This document shows, piece after piece, positions 1-13,790 of a stretch of 64,000 bases of DNA; position 1 is the stretch's first letter, and each line of letters begins with the position of its first letter. The stretch is from NCBI GenBank assembly GCA_951406725.2, contig OX597815.1, positions 99,572,001-99,636,000 of the forward strand. Direction: 5' to 3'. The DNA comes from Octopus vulgaris. Taxonomy: Eukaryota. Made by a program: the position numbers and the translations under genes. Below the pieces are notes generated by a model. It had not been told where the DNA came from and made no database searches. It worked only from the letters and a program-made list of their open reading frames with translations.

Positions 1-378
1 GACTTTCTACCTCTGGTAGAGAGGATTGTACTATATATGTGATACACTACCGTATTTCTATTTATTATACTGAAATTTGTTGTTTAGGACAAAATTTTTA
101 TTTGTACATATGTTTGCATGCTTGAGACTGTTTATGCATGCAAATGTATATGTGTATGTGTGTGTGTGCGTATAATATACATACATATGTACACACATAC
201 ACACACACACACATATATATATATACATATTTATATGCATATATAGATATAAATATATATATTTACTAACAGTCAGTATAATTATATATATATATATATA
301 TATTATTGGTAAAAACGGTAAGATAACAAAAGAAAGAAAGAGACCTCAATATTATGTAAATAGAGGAAATTTATCGGT

Positions 379-519
379 AAAATAATATGTAACAATTATT
401 CAATAGCCAAGATAAAAGTCTGAGTTTCGGATGCCGAAGAGATGGTGTTGTGGATTTCCACCTCGGCATCCGAAACTCAGAGTTTTATCTTGGCTACTGA
501 ATAATTGTCACATATTATT

Positions 520-521
<2 letters not shown>
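379..521. repeat. 59-bp inverted repeat (fold-back) with 25-nt spacer, probably Penelope-derived
   Basis: Arm 379-437 AAAATAATATGTAACAATTATTCAATAGCCAAGATAAAAGTCTGAGTTTCGGATGCCGA matches the reverse complement of 463-521 with 3 mismatches. It lies between (TA)n and (CA)n tracts. The Penelope origin is inferred from a hammerhead-like CCGAAGA...GAAAC motif. Confidence 0.85.
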
Positions 522-564
<43 letters not shown>

Positions 565-610
565 AGTGTGTGTGTGTATGTGTATGTATATATATATACA
601 AACACACACA

Positions 611-660
<50 letters not shown>

Positions 661-1629
661 TACACACACGTCCGCACACACCGTATTAGTATATTATCAC
701 ACATCATCACCATCATCATGTTCAACATCACGAATTTGTCATAGTTTGGCAATATGAATATATAACATTACTGTTGCATCGAATATTAATGTTTACAGAC
801 TTCATTCGACGTTGGAATTCTTTACGTTGCGTTTGTTAATCTGTGGAATTTTTCTCTGCGAAAATACATCACGATTGTCAAATAACTTCATCAATTCCAA
901 CGGAATATTGAAGTTGATTTTGTCTCTATTTTTTTCTTTGTCTTGAATTATGTATTTATTCATTGTTTTGTTTTTTTTACTTTTTCGCTTTTGCATAATT
1001 TTTTCAGCTTTTTATTATTGTTATTATTTTCTTTTTTTTTTGTATTATTATTTCTTCAATACGTTTCGCGCGTTGTTCTCAGTTTTCATTAAATCAGAAA
1101 TGAGATGAGATGAATATTGAAAACTTTTGTTTTATATTAACGGTTTTGGTGAAAAACTTAAATTTCCTTGTCGTGTTTCTATGAAATACTTATCGCATTG
1201 CATTCAGTTATTTTTTGACTACTACTGAAGAATTTTTCTTCATTTTTCAACGAAATAGTCGTCTATGTTTTTCCAACCAACAATCTTTCTCGCCTCGTGA
1301 GAAGAATTCTAATATTTGTTTATTTATTTCTTTGTTTCTGAGCTTGTTTGCTTGTTTCATTATTTGTTTATTATAACTTTCGCTTTTATTTATTTATTTC
1401 TAAATATTTTATGGATATTATATATTTTATTTTTTAATTTTTCAGATCACTCTCGGCTTTAACTTTTTCGTTTATATTCGTTTTTTTTTCTTTAGCATCT
1501 GCTTAATCTTAATACTGCTGCTGATGTCAGTTTAGCTGATATTAATGTATTAATGTTGATGTTAATGGTGTTATTGTGTTGTAAATACACACAAATATAT
1601 ATGTACGTTTGTATGCATGTATGTGACTA

Positions 1630-1635
<6 letters not shown>

Positions 1636-1692
<57 letters not shown>

Positions 1693-1718
1693 GTATACAT
1701 ATATATATATGCACACAC

Positions 1719-1779
<61 letters not shown>

Positions 1780-1835
1780 TATATACACACATTTCCATTT
1801 ATTTAAACATATATATATGTATGTGTGTGTATGTA

Positions 1836-1873
<38 letters not shown>

Positions 1874-1899
1874 CATACATGCACATATATATATATATG

Positions 1900-1947
<48 letters not shown>

Positions 1948-1980
1948 CATATGTTGTGTGTATATATATATATATATATG
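1636..1980. repeat. compound (TA)n microsatellite tract
   Basis: Long TA runs interrupted by CA/TG; source of the poly-YI ORFs. Representative of dozens of similar tracts in the window. Confidence 0.95.
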
Positions 1981-2356
1981 TAGTTATGTATTCCGCTTTT
2001 ACTTTTGTGCTGGTTTGTTGTGTATTATTTTATTTGGAAGTCAGGAAATGTAATCTTGTTCGAATTCTATGTAGGCGAGTGCACACAATACCTAACAAAT
2101 ATTACAGTGTCTAATGACAAGATAGCTTGGGACATGCGCAGTATTGGCGAATATAACAAGCATTTCCACAGAGAGTAAAAAAAATAAACAAACAAGATAA
2201 TTATGATTCTCTGTCACATCCATACATACATGCACATAAACCTATATGTATGTGTGTATGTGTGAGTGTGTGTATGAGTGTGTGTGTGTGTGTAGTTACT
2301 TAGATATACACATACTTTCAAAGAAATAGAAAACTCCATATATAAAATATATATAG

Positions 2357-2442
<86 letters not shown>

Positions 2443-2687
2443 GTGTATACATATGTGTGCTTATGTACACTCATACACTTTCATATCTTAAATATACTTT
2501 TTTCGTATTATATAATACCTTATTAGAGCTTATTAATGCATAATATAACAGTAATGTATTGTTCTAGAAGTTTAAACTTTTCATTATAAAATAGAATATT
2601 ACAACAATAGCAGAGGAAAATAACAGAGAAAGAACAAAACCCATTAGTTAAAATAATAAGACGAACATTTATATATATATGTATATG

Positions 2688-2756
<69 letters not shown>

Positions 2757-3877
2757 CATATATATGTATATATATATATACATATATATGTACGTTTATA
2801 TATATGTATATATATGCGTGTATATATATATATATATATATATCATGTAATATATTATATTATTGTAAGAAAGTGATGTATGTATGAGTAAATATGAAGT
2901 ATACGTTATCATGAATCTTATTAACAAGAAAATAAACAAACAAAATGAGTTGTTGAGAATGCATCAACTCAATATGGGCTAATCGTTTGAAATGCGAATT
3001 TCAATTATATACAAAGTAAGAACTAACATGATGTGTCTTCGAGTTTGAGAAGTTGTGCATATACACGGACAATCTTTAGTCATTGGCAATGAACACGGGA
3101 TCAAAATTATATATCAGTTGTTTTCCCAAGTTCATGATAGTCTTGAGCGACCAAACCTATGCTGAAATATATTCCGAACTCGACCCTCCTGCATTTATTT
3201 CAGATATAGTCTACTCTGATGAACATTATTCGATTGTACAATTGTAAATATAGTATGGTGTGTTCTGTACGGAATTTAATTTTTATTTCTTACAGATCGT
3301 CAAATGTAAACGCACAAACGCTGTACGTTTATGAACGGTGTTCCGACCATGAACACCTTATTATTTTGGTTATATAATTATTTTACAAAATGTATCATTC
3401 CTTTGCTTAAGAGAGATTTAACCGCTACGTCTATGAATTTGAGCGATCATATATTGCTTCCTTTGTTGACCTGTGTTTCTTAAAATTTTGTCCCTGGCAG
3501 CCCAAACTAAGTGGGCTTATTGATTATAGCATTCTAGCGTTGAATATCTTACCTTTGCAACCAGAGACCATGCCGCAAGAATGTTATATTTTCTTTTTCT
3601 GACAGTGTGGTGCGATATGAGGGAATTTTGAATGGTCTTTCTTTGTAGCAATAATGACGTAAAGATATAGATGCTGTTCGTAATGGAGAATACAAAAGAA
3701 AGCCGGATTAACAGAAAGAATATAAAAATTTGAGAGTGGAGACTGGAATCCGCAGAGAACCATTGGCGTGCCCTACTCATGGATTTTCGTAACGATATAG
3801 ACACGAAAGTGGTTCATTTCGTTATCAGCATACTTAAATTAGTGTAGTGGCTGCAGAAGACTATAACTTTGTTAATG

Positions 3878-4332
3878 TACGAGGGTGAGTCAAAAAGTAA
3901 TGCCATTTTGTTTAGGACAGGTATAATTATCAACACAGGAAAATGTATCCTGTATCAATATGAACCTGGTCCTCTGTGGATCACATCCCTACTTCTCAAC
4001 ATAGTTACCGTTTCTCTCAATAGCAATGTTCCACCTTCGAATGAGAGCATGTATCCCAGTCCCGTAAAATTCTGTTGACTGTTCTTTGAGCCACTTCCTC
4101 ACTACAGGTTTTCACTTCCTCGTCACTGGACTATCATTGTCACTGGTCTATCATCGTCACTGGACTATCATCTATTCAACCCCAGAAAGAGAGTTTGAGA
4201 GGCAAACATTATTCCAGTGACGAGGAACAGAAAACTGTAGTGAAAAAGTGGCTCAAAGAACAGTCAACAGAATTTTATGTGGCAGAAATACAGCTCTCAT
4301 TCGAAGGTGGAACATGGCTACTGAGAGAAACG
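3878..4332. mobile_element. mariner relic: TIR plus transposase C-terminus in two inverted copies
   Basis: TA + CGAGGGTGAGTCAAAAAGTAATG TIR-like end at 3878. The minus strand 4130-3989 reads VRKWLKEQSTEFYGTGIHALIRRWNIAIERNGNYVEK* after a frameshift, a typical mariner C-terminus. The plus strand from ~4187 reads KESLRGKHYSSDEEQKTVVKKWLKEQSTEFY. Confidence 0.85.
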
Positions 4333-4682
4333 CTGAACAATCGAATATTTCATATTGTACTCAACTAAATTCCTTTTTAATTTTCTAATTAACATTTAAT
4401 GATGTGCTAGAGACCATACGAAGCAGCCATAGCTTCGGACCTAAAACCCATCCACAGTAACTACACATCAATAAACAATGTTGTTCATTAGGCACTTGTT
4501 ATCAAATGGACAGGAGGAGTGACATTCTAAAATTACACAATCTGTTTGAGGCTTCACTTCCGCGAAGATCTTGTGTCATCTAGCTCTGTCTTTTAAGACT
4601 ATAGGGACCTTCCTTAGACGACCTACTGCAGCTAGTGGCATTTCACAACACATATTAGGTGATAACGATATGTATGTAAATA

Positions 4683-4760
<78 letters not shown>

Positions 4761-5579
4761 CATATATATATATATATATACACATACATACACACATACA
4801 CACACACATATATATAGGACGTTTGATAATTTTCATTCAGAATGTTTTCTTCATATTCTTTCATGGTAATTCTGTTTTATGTTATACATCATCTCTGTTT
4901 ACAAAGTCTGAAATGCAGAGATGAAATTCGGATAAATGATGAAGCAAAAGCAAGTATTTCTGTTATTAAAACAGAATACTTATGAACACTGAGATAAGGC
5001 GAATTTAAAATTCAAGTTTTTTCTCTCCAGTAACATTTCTCATAAACCAAACGATGATAATCAAACAATAATAATTATCTCTAATTTTCAAAGAAAGCCA
5101 GCAATTTTCGGAGGAAATACTGCAAAGCATTTTGCCCGAAACTAATTGTTCTGATAGCCCACCACATTCATAATTATCCCAAAACTTTTGCCACAAGACT
5201 AGCAATTTTGATGGAGGGCATAGATCATAGTACTTGACTGGTACTTTCAATGCCAATAAGATGTAAAGCAAATTGATCTTGTGACATTTCAACTTAGTTG
5301 TTATATGCTGTTTTAGGAAAATGGCAAACCAAAATTTCTACAGGACTTCATAATGTAGACAGACCACATAATGAGTATATACTAGAATATAATTTGTAAT
5401 GTAATGTAAATTCAATAATAATATAAATATAATTGTCCATGAGCTATACAGATAAGATACAAATATGTCGATACCTACATCTATATTGATGAGAAAACAG
5501 AAAACGCTTTTTTTCTTCTTTTCAAATAAGAAAAAAAACTGTAGCCATGATGTAGCGCGGTCTTGTAAAGTTTAGCGCT

Positions 5580-5850
5580 ATTGCTTATTCTGTCGGACAC
5601 TTTATGCAAAACAACTTATGTACGAAGACATAAACAAACCAATACTGGCTGTAATGTGATGAAGAAGAAACAGACGCATACACACAGAAATACGATTTGC
5701 ATTCACAGAATTTCCGTCTGCCAATTTACTCACAAGGTATTTCTCTGCTTGGGACTGTGAGAGAATCCACTTTCACAAGGTCTTGTTGAGTAGACTGAAC
5801 AGGAAACAACTTGGCTGCAAAGCGATCTTCTTCTGCACACATTCCTGCCT
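5580..5850 (-). mobile_element. degraded tRNA-derived SINE, family A
   Basis: Decayed reverse-complement match to the 41117-41538 copy (TTTCCGTCTGCCAA..TACTCACAAGG; GACATAAACAAACCAA). Confidence 0.6.
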
Positions 5851-7083
5851 TCTCCTATATGATATATGATATTAACTTGAGCAAGAGTTGGACAGCTGAC
5901 TTAGGCTTTATACAGGAGATAAGGAGATAAATATCCATGTCATAAATATAATAGAGATCAGTAAACTTTAAATTGATTTGAATATTCACTGTTTGCTGTA
6001 TATTAAACTATGGCCTCTATTTTTCACAATGAATCATTGCTTCTACCCTCCAAAGGAAAGTTGTATGTCATAGGAGGGATAAAATATACAATATTACTTA
6101 TTAAAAAAATTAGACTATATTTCGAATCAGAAATTACAAGTACAAAGGCGACTGTCGTCATTTCTGAAGAGACACAGCCATTAGATGGAAACGGGGTTAT
6201 TGTTAGCTGCTAGAATGATTATCAATTTTAATGCGTAATATAAGTTCTATACTTACCAAGCAGTTTCAATGAACGTCATCGACGATGCGCACAGACTCAA
6301 ACACACAGAGACTTACGCACATATTCAGATACATAGTCATGTGTGTATATGAACGTGTGAGTGATTATACATACATATATATAAATATTTACAAACACAC
6401 ACACACACACATATATATATGTGTGTGTGTGTGCGAACATACATACATACACATAAACACATACACACATATATACAAATTGAGATACTTATATGAATAT
6501 ACGTACACATTAATGCATATGCACATATATATATAGACATACAGGCGGATGAATCCATACGCACACACATAAACACACATACGCGCACGCGTGTGTATAT
6601 ATATATGTCGATAATAAAAATTTCTCCAAAACACTTCCCCATTACACCCTACCCTACAATTTAATTACCACTCCACTCAAATCCACAGACTCAAGGAAGT
6701 TGTTAACTCAACAGATTTACTTCGATCCATCGCAGTCCGATGATGCTTAGCTGGTCGAAACGTCGAAGTCATTGTCAATAATATTCTTGCTTAAGAATAA
6801 TAAATTTGTACTCAACAAAGCATCGAGTAACCTTTCTGCCTTATGGAAAATTATTTTTATTATAACTGAACATAAACACAAACATTAATACACACTCATT
6901 CACATACACACACACACACACACACTCACGTATATACCTGTAGATACATACACACACATACACAATAGATAGATAGATACGTACACATAAATATACACAT
7001 TCACAAATGTATATATATGTGTGTAGGTGGATATATGTATGAATGTATGTATGTATGCATGTATGTATGTATGCATCTGTGTG

Positions 7084-7164
<81 letters not shown>

Positions 7165-8832
7165 TTGTGTGTGTAGTTGAAATTGAATTAGAGAAAGAAA
7201 CATTGTCCAATTCTCAATACAGGAAGTAATAAGTAAGTCAAACTAAACAAGATATAATATAATTTCCCCTAATTAGTGTATAAGAAACTTACCTGATAGG
7301 TAAACATTTCGACATCAGGGAAATTCTAGTTGTCTGAAGTTCAAATATGGCGTACACATTGTGATTGCTGAAATCGTACCTATTCTGACCTAACAGTGTC
7401 TAATTCCACACCTCCGAGGAGTTGTTTTTCACAACTTGGCGAAATTAAGAATTTCCCGGGAATTTTAGGGAAAACTTTCATGATTATATGTGTGGGTTTT
7501 AAAGACGTAAATATAGAAATATAAATATAAATAAAAGAAACAGAGTTATTGGGAAAAGGAAACGGATACGTAAATAGACACAATAACAATAAAAAAACAA
7601 TAAGAACAGTTTTAAATGAGGTTTCGAATGTTTAGGCTCACTGGTAGGTGATGAGAATCTGAATTTCAAGGTAAATATGTACATGCGCTGTTGTTGAGGA
7701 GAGATAACTTTTAGAAGTTTGAATGAAAAACAATGAAATGAGAATTATTACCAAGGAGATTTAAAACTCGCTTAACGGCTTCTCCATTCTTATTGCAACG
7801 TAGCAAATTTGAAAACTGAAAGAAAATAATAACAACAAATGATATATGTAAAATTATAAAAATCATATGGTTATATAAATATATATATATACACACACAC
7901 ACGAAGGTAAACACTCGCCCTAACATACCGCGCACACAGGCACTCACACACACTTATGTAATCACAAGTAAATGTTATATACATACATGGACATATGTAT
8001 CCATACATATTAATAGTGTATATATTTATATGTACAGTACACACAAATATATATACATACACACACACACACATATATATGCACACAAATATTTATATGC
8101 ATACACATATATACATATGTATACGCACATAAATTCATACGAAGACAAACGCACATTTATATATATATATATATTCATATGTACGCATGTATGTGCGTGT
8201 GTGTATGTGTGTGTGTATGCATACGTACTACAGGTGTACAACATAGATTGTAGTAAGATCAGTTTAAAATAAACTTGAACCGGTAGTATGGAAGAATCGC
8301 AATTTGCGAGCCAATATCATTAGTACCATCTTTCGATATTCTCAAGCGTGTAACCAACAAAACAACACAAAACAAAATAAACAACCTAGCATACAAATAT
8401 AAAGCAAAAGGAACAATGATTAATGCAAGAAATATAAATATCACAAATTAACTGTACGACTATGCGGCAGCAAAATTATTTGGAATTTTCCTTAATGAGA
8501 AAGAATTCGCAAAAATTCACAGAATACTTATTTCAAAGTGAAACGTCCAACCAAACTTTTAATATTGTTTATTGCTACAGAGTTTAGTTTTTGTAATTAT
8601 TTGTTATTATTATTATTATCATTAGTGTTATTGTTACATAGATATCGGTGTCAATTGCTTTGGAAGTTAGTTGTTACTAAAACAGATACTCTTCACGCAA
8701 AAGGTGATTAATTTGACATGCTTTTGTTTCCATATCACACCTATTCAACACTTGTCTTCATAGGAAGCAAGAAACCTTAAATCAGTAATTAAGTTTTAGC
8801 CCTGTTAATATGTATGTGTGTAAGCATGTGTG

Positions 8833-8963
8833 TATGTATGTATGTATGTATGTATGTATGTATGTATGTATGTATGTATGTATGTATGTATGTATGTATG
8901 CACGTATGTACGTATGTACGTATGTATGTATGTATGTATGTATGTATGTATGTATGTATGTAT
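8833..8963. repeat. (TATG)n microsatellite
   Basis: Direct tandem TATG array. Confidence 0.95.
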
Positions 8964-9713
8964 GATTATGTTTGTGTGTGTTTATTTGTAAGCTCATACG
9001 TGTGAGTGTGTGAGTGTAGAGTGCATCGTCAAGAAACTCTAGAATCTTGAGTCACTGTGGCTAAACGAATGATGTAGATATTAATACTCTTTACTATCTG
9101 TATTGAATTCTGTAATTTTTTCCAAAACTAAACTTATAAATACACACATACACAGACATAAACACCCGTATATGTGTGTATTTTATATAAGTTTATAGTA
9201 AACAAACGAATGCAGATGATGACGTTATATTTACTAATCAGTTACGATCGTTTCGATAATTAACGAGATTGTTACATCAGTCAAAATGCCGGATTATAAA
9301 AAAGAAACACGTAAATACATGCAATGTTAAATGAAGGGTCCACCAATCATTTTGTCAGATTGGTTATATGTATAATACTTGTCAAAACGGATTTGTTTAC
9401 ATGTATACTCAGTGATTGATTCACCAACCTAATAATCGGTACATGTTCGAGGATTTACAATTAGTTTGGTACGTATTTTTGAATCAACTCAATACTAATT
9501 CTATCTACTACAATTTTTCTCCATGTACATTCTACTAGTTTTGTTTTAGCACAAAATACTAATTCTAAGCGTCTTCCAAATCTTCTTGACAGACACTTAG
9601 CATTCTCTATTCATTGGCAAGTTCAATGATTTTTTTTCTTTTATGACTGCTGGTACTATTTCATCATAAAATACTACGAAGTCATTTCACGCTTCTGACC
9701 ATAGCTTAATCGT

Positions 9714-10120
9714 ATTTCTTTATTGCCCACAAGGGGCTACTCACAGAGGAGACAAACAAGGACAGACAAACGGATTAAGTCGATTATATCGGCCCCAGTG
9801 CGTAACTGGTACTTAATTTATCGACCCCGAAAGGATGAAATGTGAAGCCGACCTCGGCGGAATTTGAACTCACAACGTAACAGCAGACGAAATACCTATT
9901 TCTTTACTACCCACAAGGGGCTAAACACAGACAGGACAAATAAGGAGAGACAAACGGATTAAGTCGATTCCATCGACCCCAGGGCGTAACTGGTACTTAA
10001 TTTATCGAACCCAAAAAGATGAAAGGCAAAGTCGACCTCGGCAGAATTTGAACTCAGAACGTAACGGCAGACGAAATACTGCTAAGCATTTTGCCCGGCG
10101 TGCTAATGTTTCTGCCAGCT
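9714..10120 (-). mobile_element. SINE family B, head-to-tail dimer
   Basis: Two tandem reverse-complement units of the 30152-30600 family (GAGCTGGCAGAAAC head; GTCGACTTTGCCTTTCATC core; TAAAGAAATA tail). The second unit is 5'-truncated at GTATTTCGTCTG. Confidence 0.9.
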
Positions 10121-12514
10121 CAAATATTCTAATGTCTGTTGATGTAATTGTCATCTACTTCATCTCTAACTGCTTCATATTACCTGTAGCCTTCAATATA
10201 TGGTTATTTTCCTAATAGATCGTTAATTTTGGTTGCCTGTTTCTTCAACAAATTATTTGCATGTACTAAAGAAGGTAATAGGCCTTATCATAAGAAGTTA
10301 CGCAGACTAGTGGTTTGCAGTAAAGAAATGATGTTTGTTGACAAGTAAGCTGTCTCCACAGAAATGCAGGTGTTTAGAATATCAAGATTCCAGATGTCGC
10401 ATAGTGCATTATGAACTCGCTATCAATACCTCATGATCCAGGTAATGTTCTTCGCAATATCTTTAAACTGCTGGACAAAAATATGATGCAAATACCCTTG
10501 TCACCCATGCTTTGTTTTTTCATTTCCAAATCATAGGTTCACAAGTTGGTATAATTTTTATAATCCTCAAGTTGATTGTGACGTTTCTCGATGTTAACTG
10601 AGCTTTGGCTTCAGCATGAAATCTTTTAAGGCATCGCCATCAAGTAGTGGTGTTAAATGGGATTTTTCAGAATTGAACCCAGCTGTGTTTTCCATTGAAC
10701 AGAGATCAAATTTTGGATTGATAGTCTTCCCTTTTCTGCTCCACAAAGACCTTGTCCATCTACATTCAATACAAACTAGAGAAAGAAGTCACCACCCTAG
10801 ATTATATTAAGAACACAGAGAAATACCTTAGTTGCTTGATATTTGCAACATCACCAGAGACATGAATGCTGTGACGGTTAAGCCGTCATTTTAATCCCCA
10901 AACCAACCTCTATTACCAGTGAAGATTTTTAAATTGTGTCATTCTTCGTCGTGTAAATGTCTGATTATGATCTTTGTTTTTACGAGCTTAAGTGGGTTTA
11001 ATAACATGTTGTGTTGCGATCTGTCATCCACCAGTATAGAAAGTATATCTTTCAGTTTTCCTAAATATTTGCTGCTTGAATTAATTATCTTCTTTGCTGA
11101 GACGGCCATGACATAATATTTATTTTGTCCGTAATTTTTCAGATTGTTCTAATCGTTGTTGTTGCCTAGTTTACAGATTTACCCACTTCAAGACTTGCAA
11201 CTGCACATCCTACATGAAATCGTTCCTCGACACCTTAATTTGAATCTCCGCACTTGGGAGTTCCAAACAGTTTTTCACAACGTCAAGAATGATTTGGGTA
11301 AATGTGGGGGAATACATCCATGTAAATCATTGTTTCAGACGCTCATTTTGTTCGAAAACACCCATTTGTTTGAGAAGGAAAATATTTTCCACTTCTTTTT
11401 TTACTTTCACGGAGAATAAAAGCGTAAGGCACTAAGGAATGTGTTTTAATTACTCGTTCCCTTTTATCTTTTCATACCATTTTACCAGTCCTGTACATTT
11501 TCGCAGGTCAAATCTTATCCTCTCTTCACATTTAAACAACGTTTGCTATAGAAAGAAATTGAAAAGTTGAAGAAACAAGGGAGAGAATGAAACCATAAAG
11601 GCAAATGATGAGGGAAGAATAATGGAAGGAAATAAAATGTTACAGACTAAATGTACAGAGAAGGCAACTTAGGGTCTCTACGTCAACAAAGGGAAAATCA
11701 AGAGATGCAATGAGGGAGCATAAGCAGCGAGCAGCAAGCTGATAAGGCGATAATGTCAAGAGAAAGAAGAACGACAGAATAAAATAAGCGATGTGAAGCG
11801 GTTAGAATACTAAGGGGAACTTCGGAAAAGTAATCGAATAGGAAGTGAAAAGGTGAATGGAGAAGAGTTTAATTTGAGTAAAGTTCACGAAAGAAAACAA
11901 AATCAAGGATGATTTGATCTTCAAATGACAAATCACTACGAAACAGGATTTTATTTTTAATAAACACAGTCTGCTCTGTAGGTTCATTACCATAAAAAAA
12001 AATTAACATTGTCAAATAATCTTAAAAAGATATAAATTTATGCATCAAAAATGAAAGGATGAAATTTTCTAAACCGTCAAATTTCCAGGAGTCCCGCTAC
12101 TTATATGGCTATATTGTCTCCAACACAAAAGACTGCTATTGCAGGTCAATGCTAAACGAGTTAACGCCAAGCTGTATATATCATTGTAAAATAATTCGTG
12201 CGTTTATCTTTGAGTATGTATTTTAATGTATGTGTGTATGTGTGCATGTGTGTGTGTGTGCGTGCGCAATGACAGTTTGACTCAGTTCCGCATTATAAAG
12301 TTTTGTTGGGCGTAGGTAGTAAACATCACCAGATTTTCAGCCGCACAACTCCTACGCATACGATACTTTAAGTAATGCTGAGCAGCATAAAACTCAATTG
12401 GACTGATGTGCTGAGTGCTACTTTCTTTTGTTTGTTCATTCGCTTGTATAAATTAAATCCTGCATACATACATACACGCACGCATGCATGCAAACATACA
12501 CACAGACACGCATG

Positions 12515-12557
<43 letters not shown>

Positions 12558-12559
12558 TC

Positions 12560-12590
<31 letters not shown>

Positions 12591-12599
12591 CATATATGC

Positions 12600-12631
<32 letters not shown>

Positions 12632-12899
12632 GAATATGTATATGCCTATATGTATATATGTATACGTATATTATTTACATACATGCACGTAAATATGCAC
12701 AAACGCAGATGAGTACAGAAACACGAGAACAAGAGAGAGAGTCGATAAAAAAATCTGTGTATTCTGATAAAAAAAAAACGAAAACAATTATATCAAATAT
12801 TAAATACTACAAAAGAAAAAAGACACTGAAAGAACAAAATGAAAACGCAAAATGGTTCCTTTTGTAGATGGCATCAATAATTCTTCATTGAAATATTCC

Positions 12900-13190
12900 A
12901 CGAGATGAAATCACTTAATTTCATATCGCAGATTTAGCATCATTGCTTGTCGCCTTTCACATTCAACTGTCATGGATGGTAAACCGTTTAACCCTTTCGA
13001 TTGTGAAAGGTCGGTCGGGACTCGACATCGGGTCGACCAGCTGACAAATGACGGCTGCAACTTTTTCTACACAATATTTAAACCGTCGTGTCAGGCGACG
13101 TCTCTCGTACCGTATCGCACTTTTTCGTTTCTCTTCGTTGTTTTTTTCCAATTTGAAACACACGCTGAAAAAGATTCGCTTTTCGTCTCT
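12900..13190. promoter_or_regulatory. CpG-rich unique island; candidate conserved non-coding element or structured RNA
   Basis: More than 20 CpGs in ~290 bp of non-repeat sequence, no convincing ORF, and inverted CCTTTCACA/TGTGAAAGG. Function is inferred only. Confidence 0.35.
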
Positions 13191-13302
13191 CAACACAATT
13201 CTTTTATATTTTATTAGTAAGAATATAATATATGTGTGCGCATACATATAATTTGTTGTTGTGGGGGGTGTAGTATATGTATGTACATATGTATGTATAT
13301 AT

Positions 13303-13342
<40 letters not shown>

Positions 13343-13411
13343 ATATATATAAATATATATATAAAGCGAGGAATACATAGGGTTATATATATATACATAC
13401 ACACATACATG

Positions 13412-13459
<48 letters not shown>

Positions 13460-13589
13460 CGTATGTATGTATGCATATATATATTTACATATATATATAT
13501 ATATATACAGACACACACAAATATGTATATATGTACACACCGTACACGCATATATATACATACATAAATGTGTGTTTGTCAATGCGTCT

Positions 13590-13790
13590 ATATTTGTCCT
13601 ACGCCATAATTGACAACTAATATAGGTGTGTTTACGTCTCGGTAACTTAACGGTTCGGCAAAAGAGCCTGATATATTAAGTACCATGCTTAAAAATATAT
13701 ATAAGTAGTAGAATCGATTCATTCGACAAAGCATTCTCCAAGACGGTGCTTTCAGCATGGCGGCAGTCTGCTTGCTGGAACATGTAAATG
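13590..13790 (+). mobile_element. SINE family A, 3' half (degraded)
   Basis: GTGTGTTTACGTCTCGGTAACTTAACGGTTCGGCAAAAGAG...CAGCATGGCGGCAGTC matches the 3' half of family A. Confidence 0.8.

Noticed and set aside
4121-4171. Short direct repeats as a CRISPR-like array (also 63619-63676 and 32930-33045)
   Set aside because: These are spacerless tandem duplications in eukaryotic DNA with no cas genes.
3280-7680. Isolated splice-like sites (acceptor ~3295; minus-strand donors ~3550 and ~7290; plus donor ~7671)
   Set aside because: They form no consistent open exons. Small or non-coding exons cannot be excluded without RNA-seq.
10150-11400. Possible decayed retroelement on the minus strand (KYLG-like and MD-like motifs)
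   Set aside because: The motifs are weak and in the wrong order for an RT, so no call is supportable.
12967-12990. miR-281-like start TGTCATGGA
   Set aside because: Only 9 nt match, and it falls in the loop-proximal part of the hairpin rather than on a proper arm.
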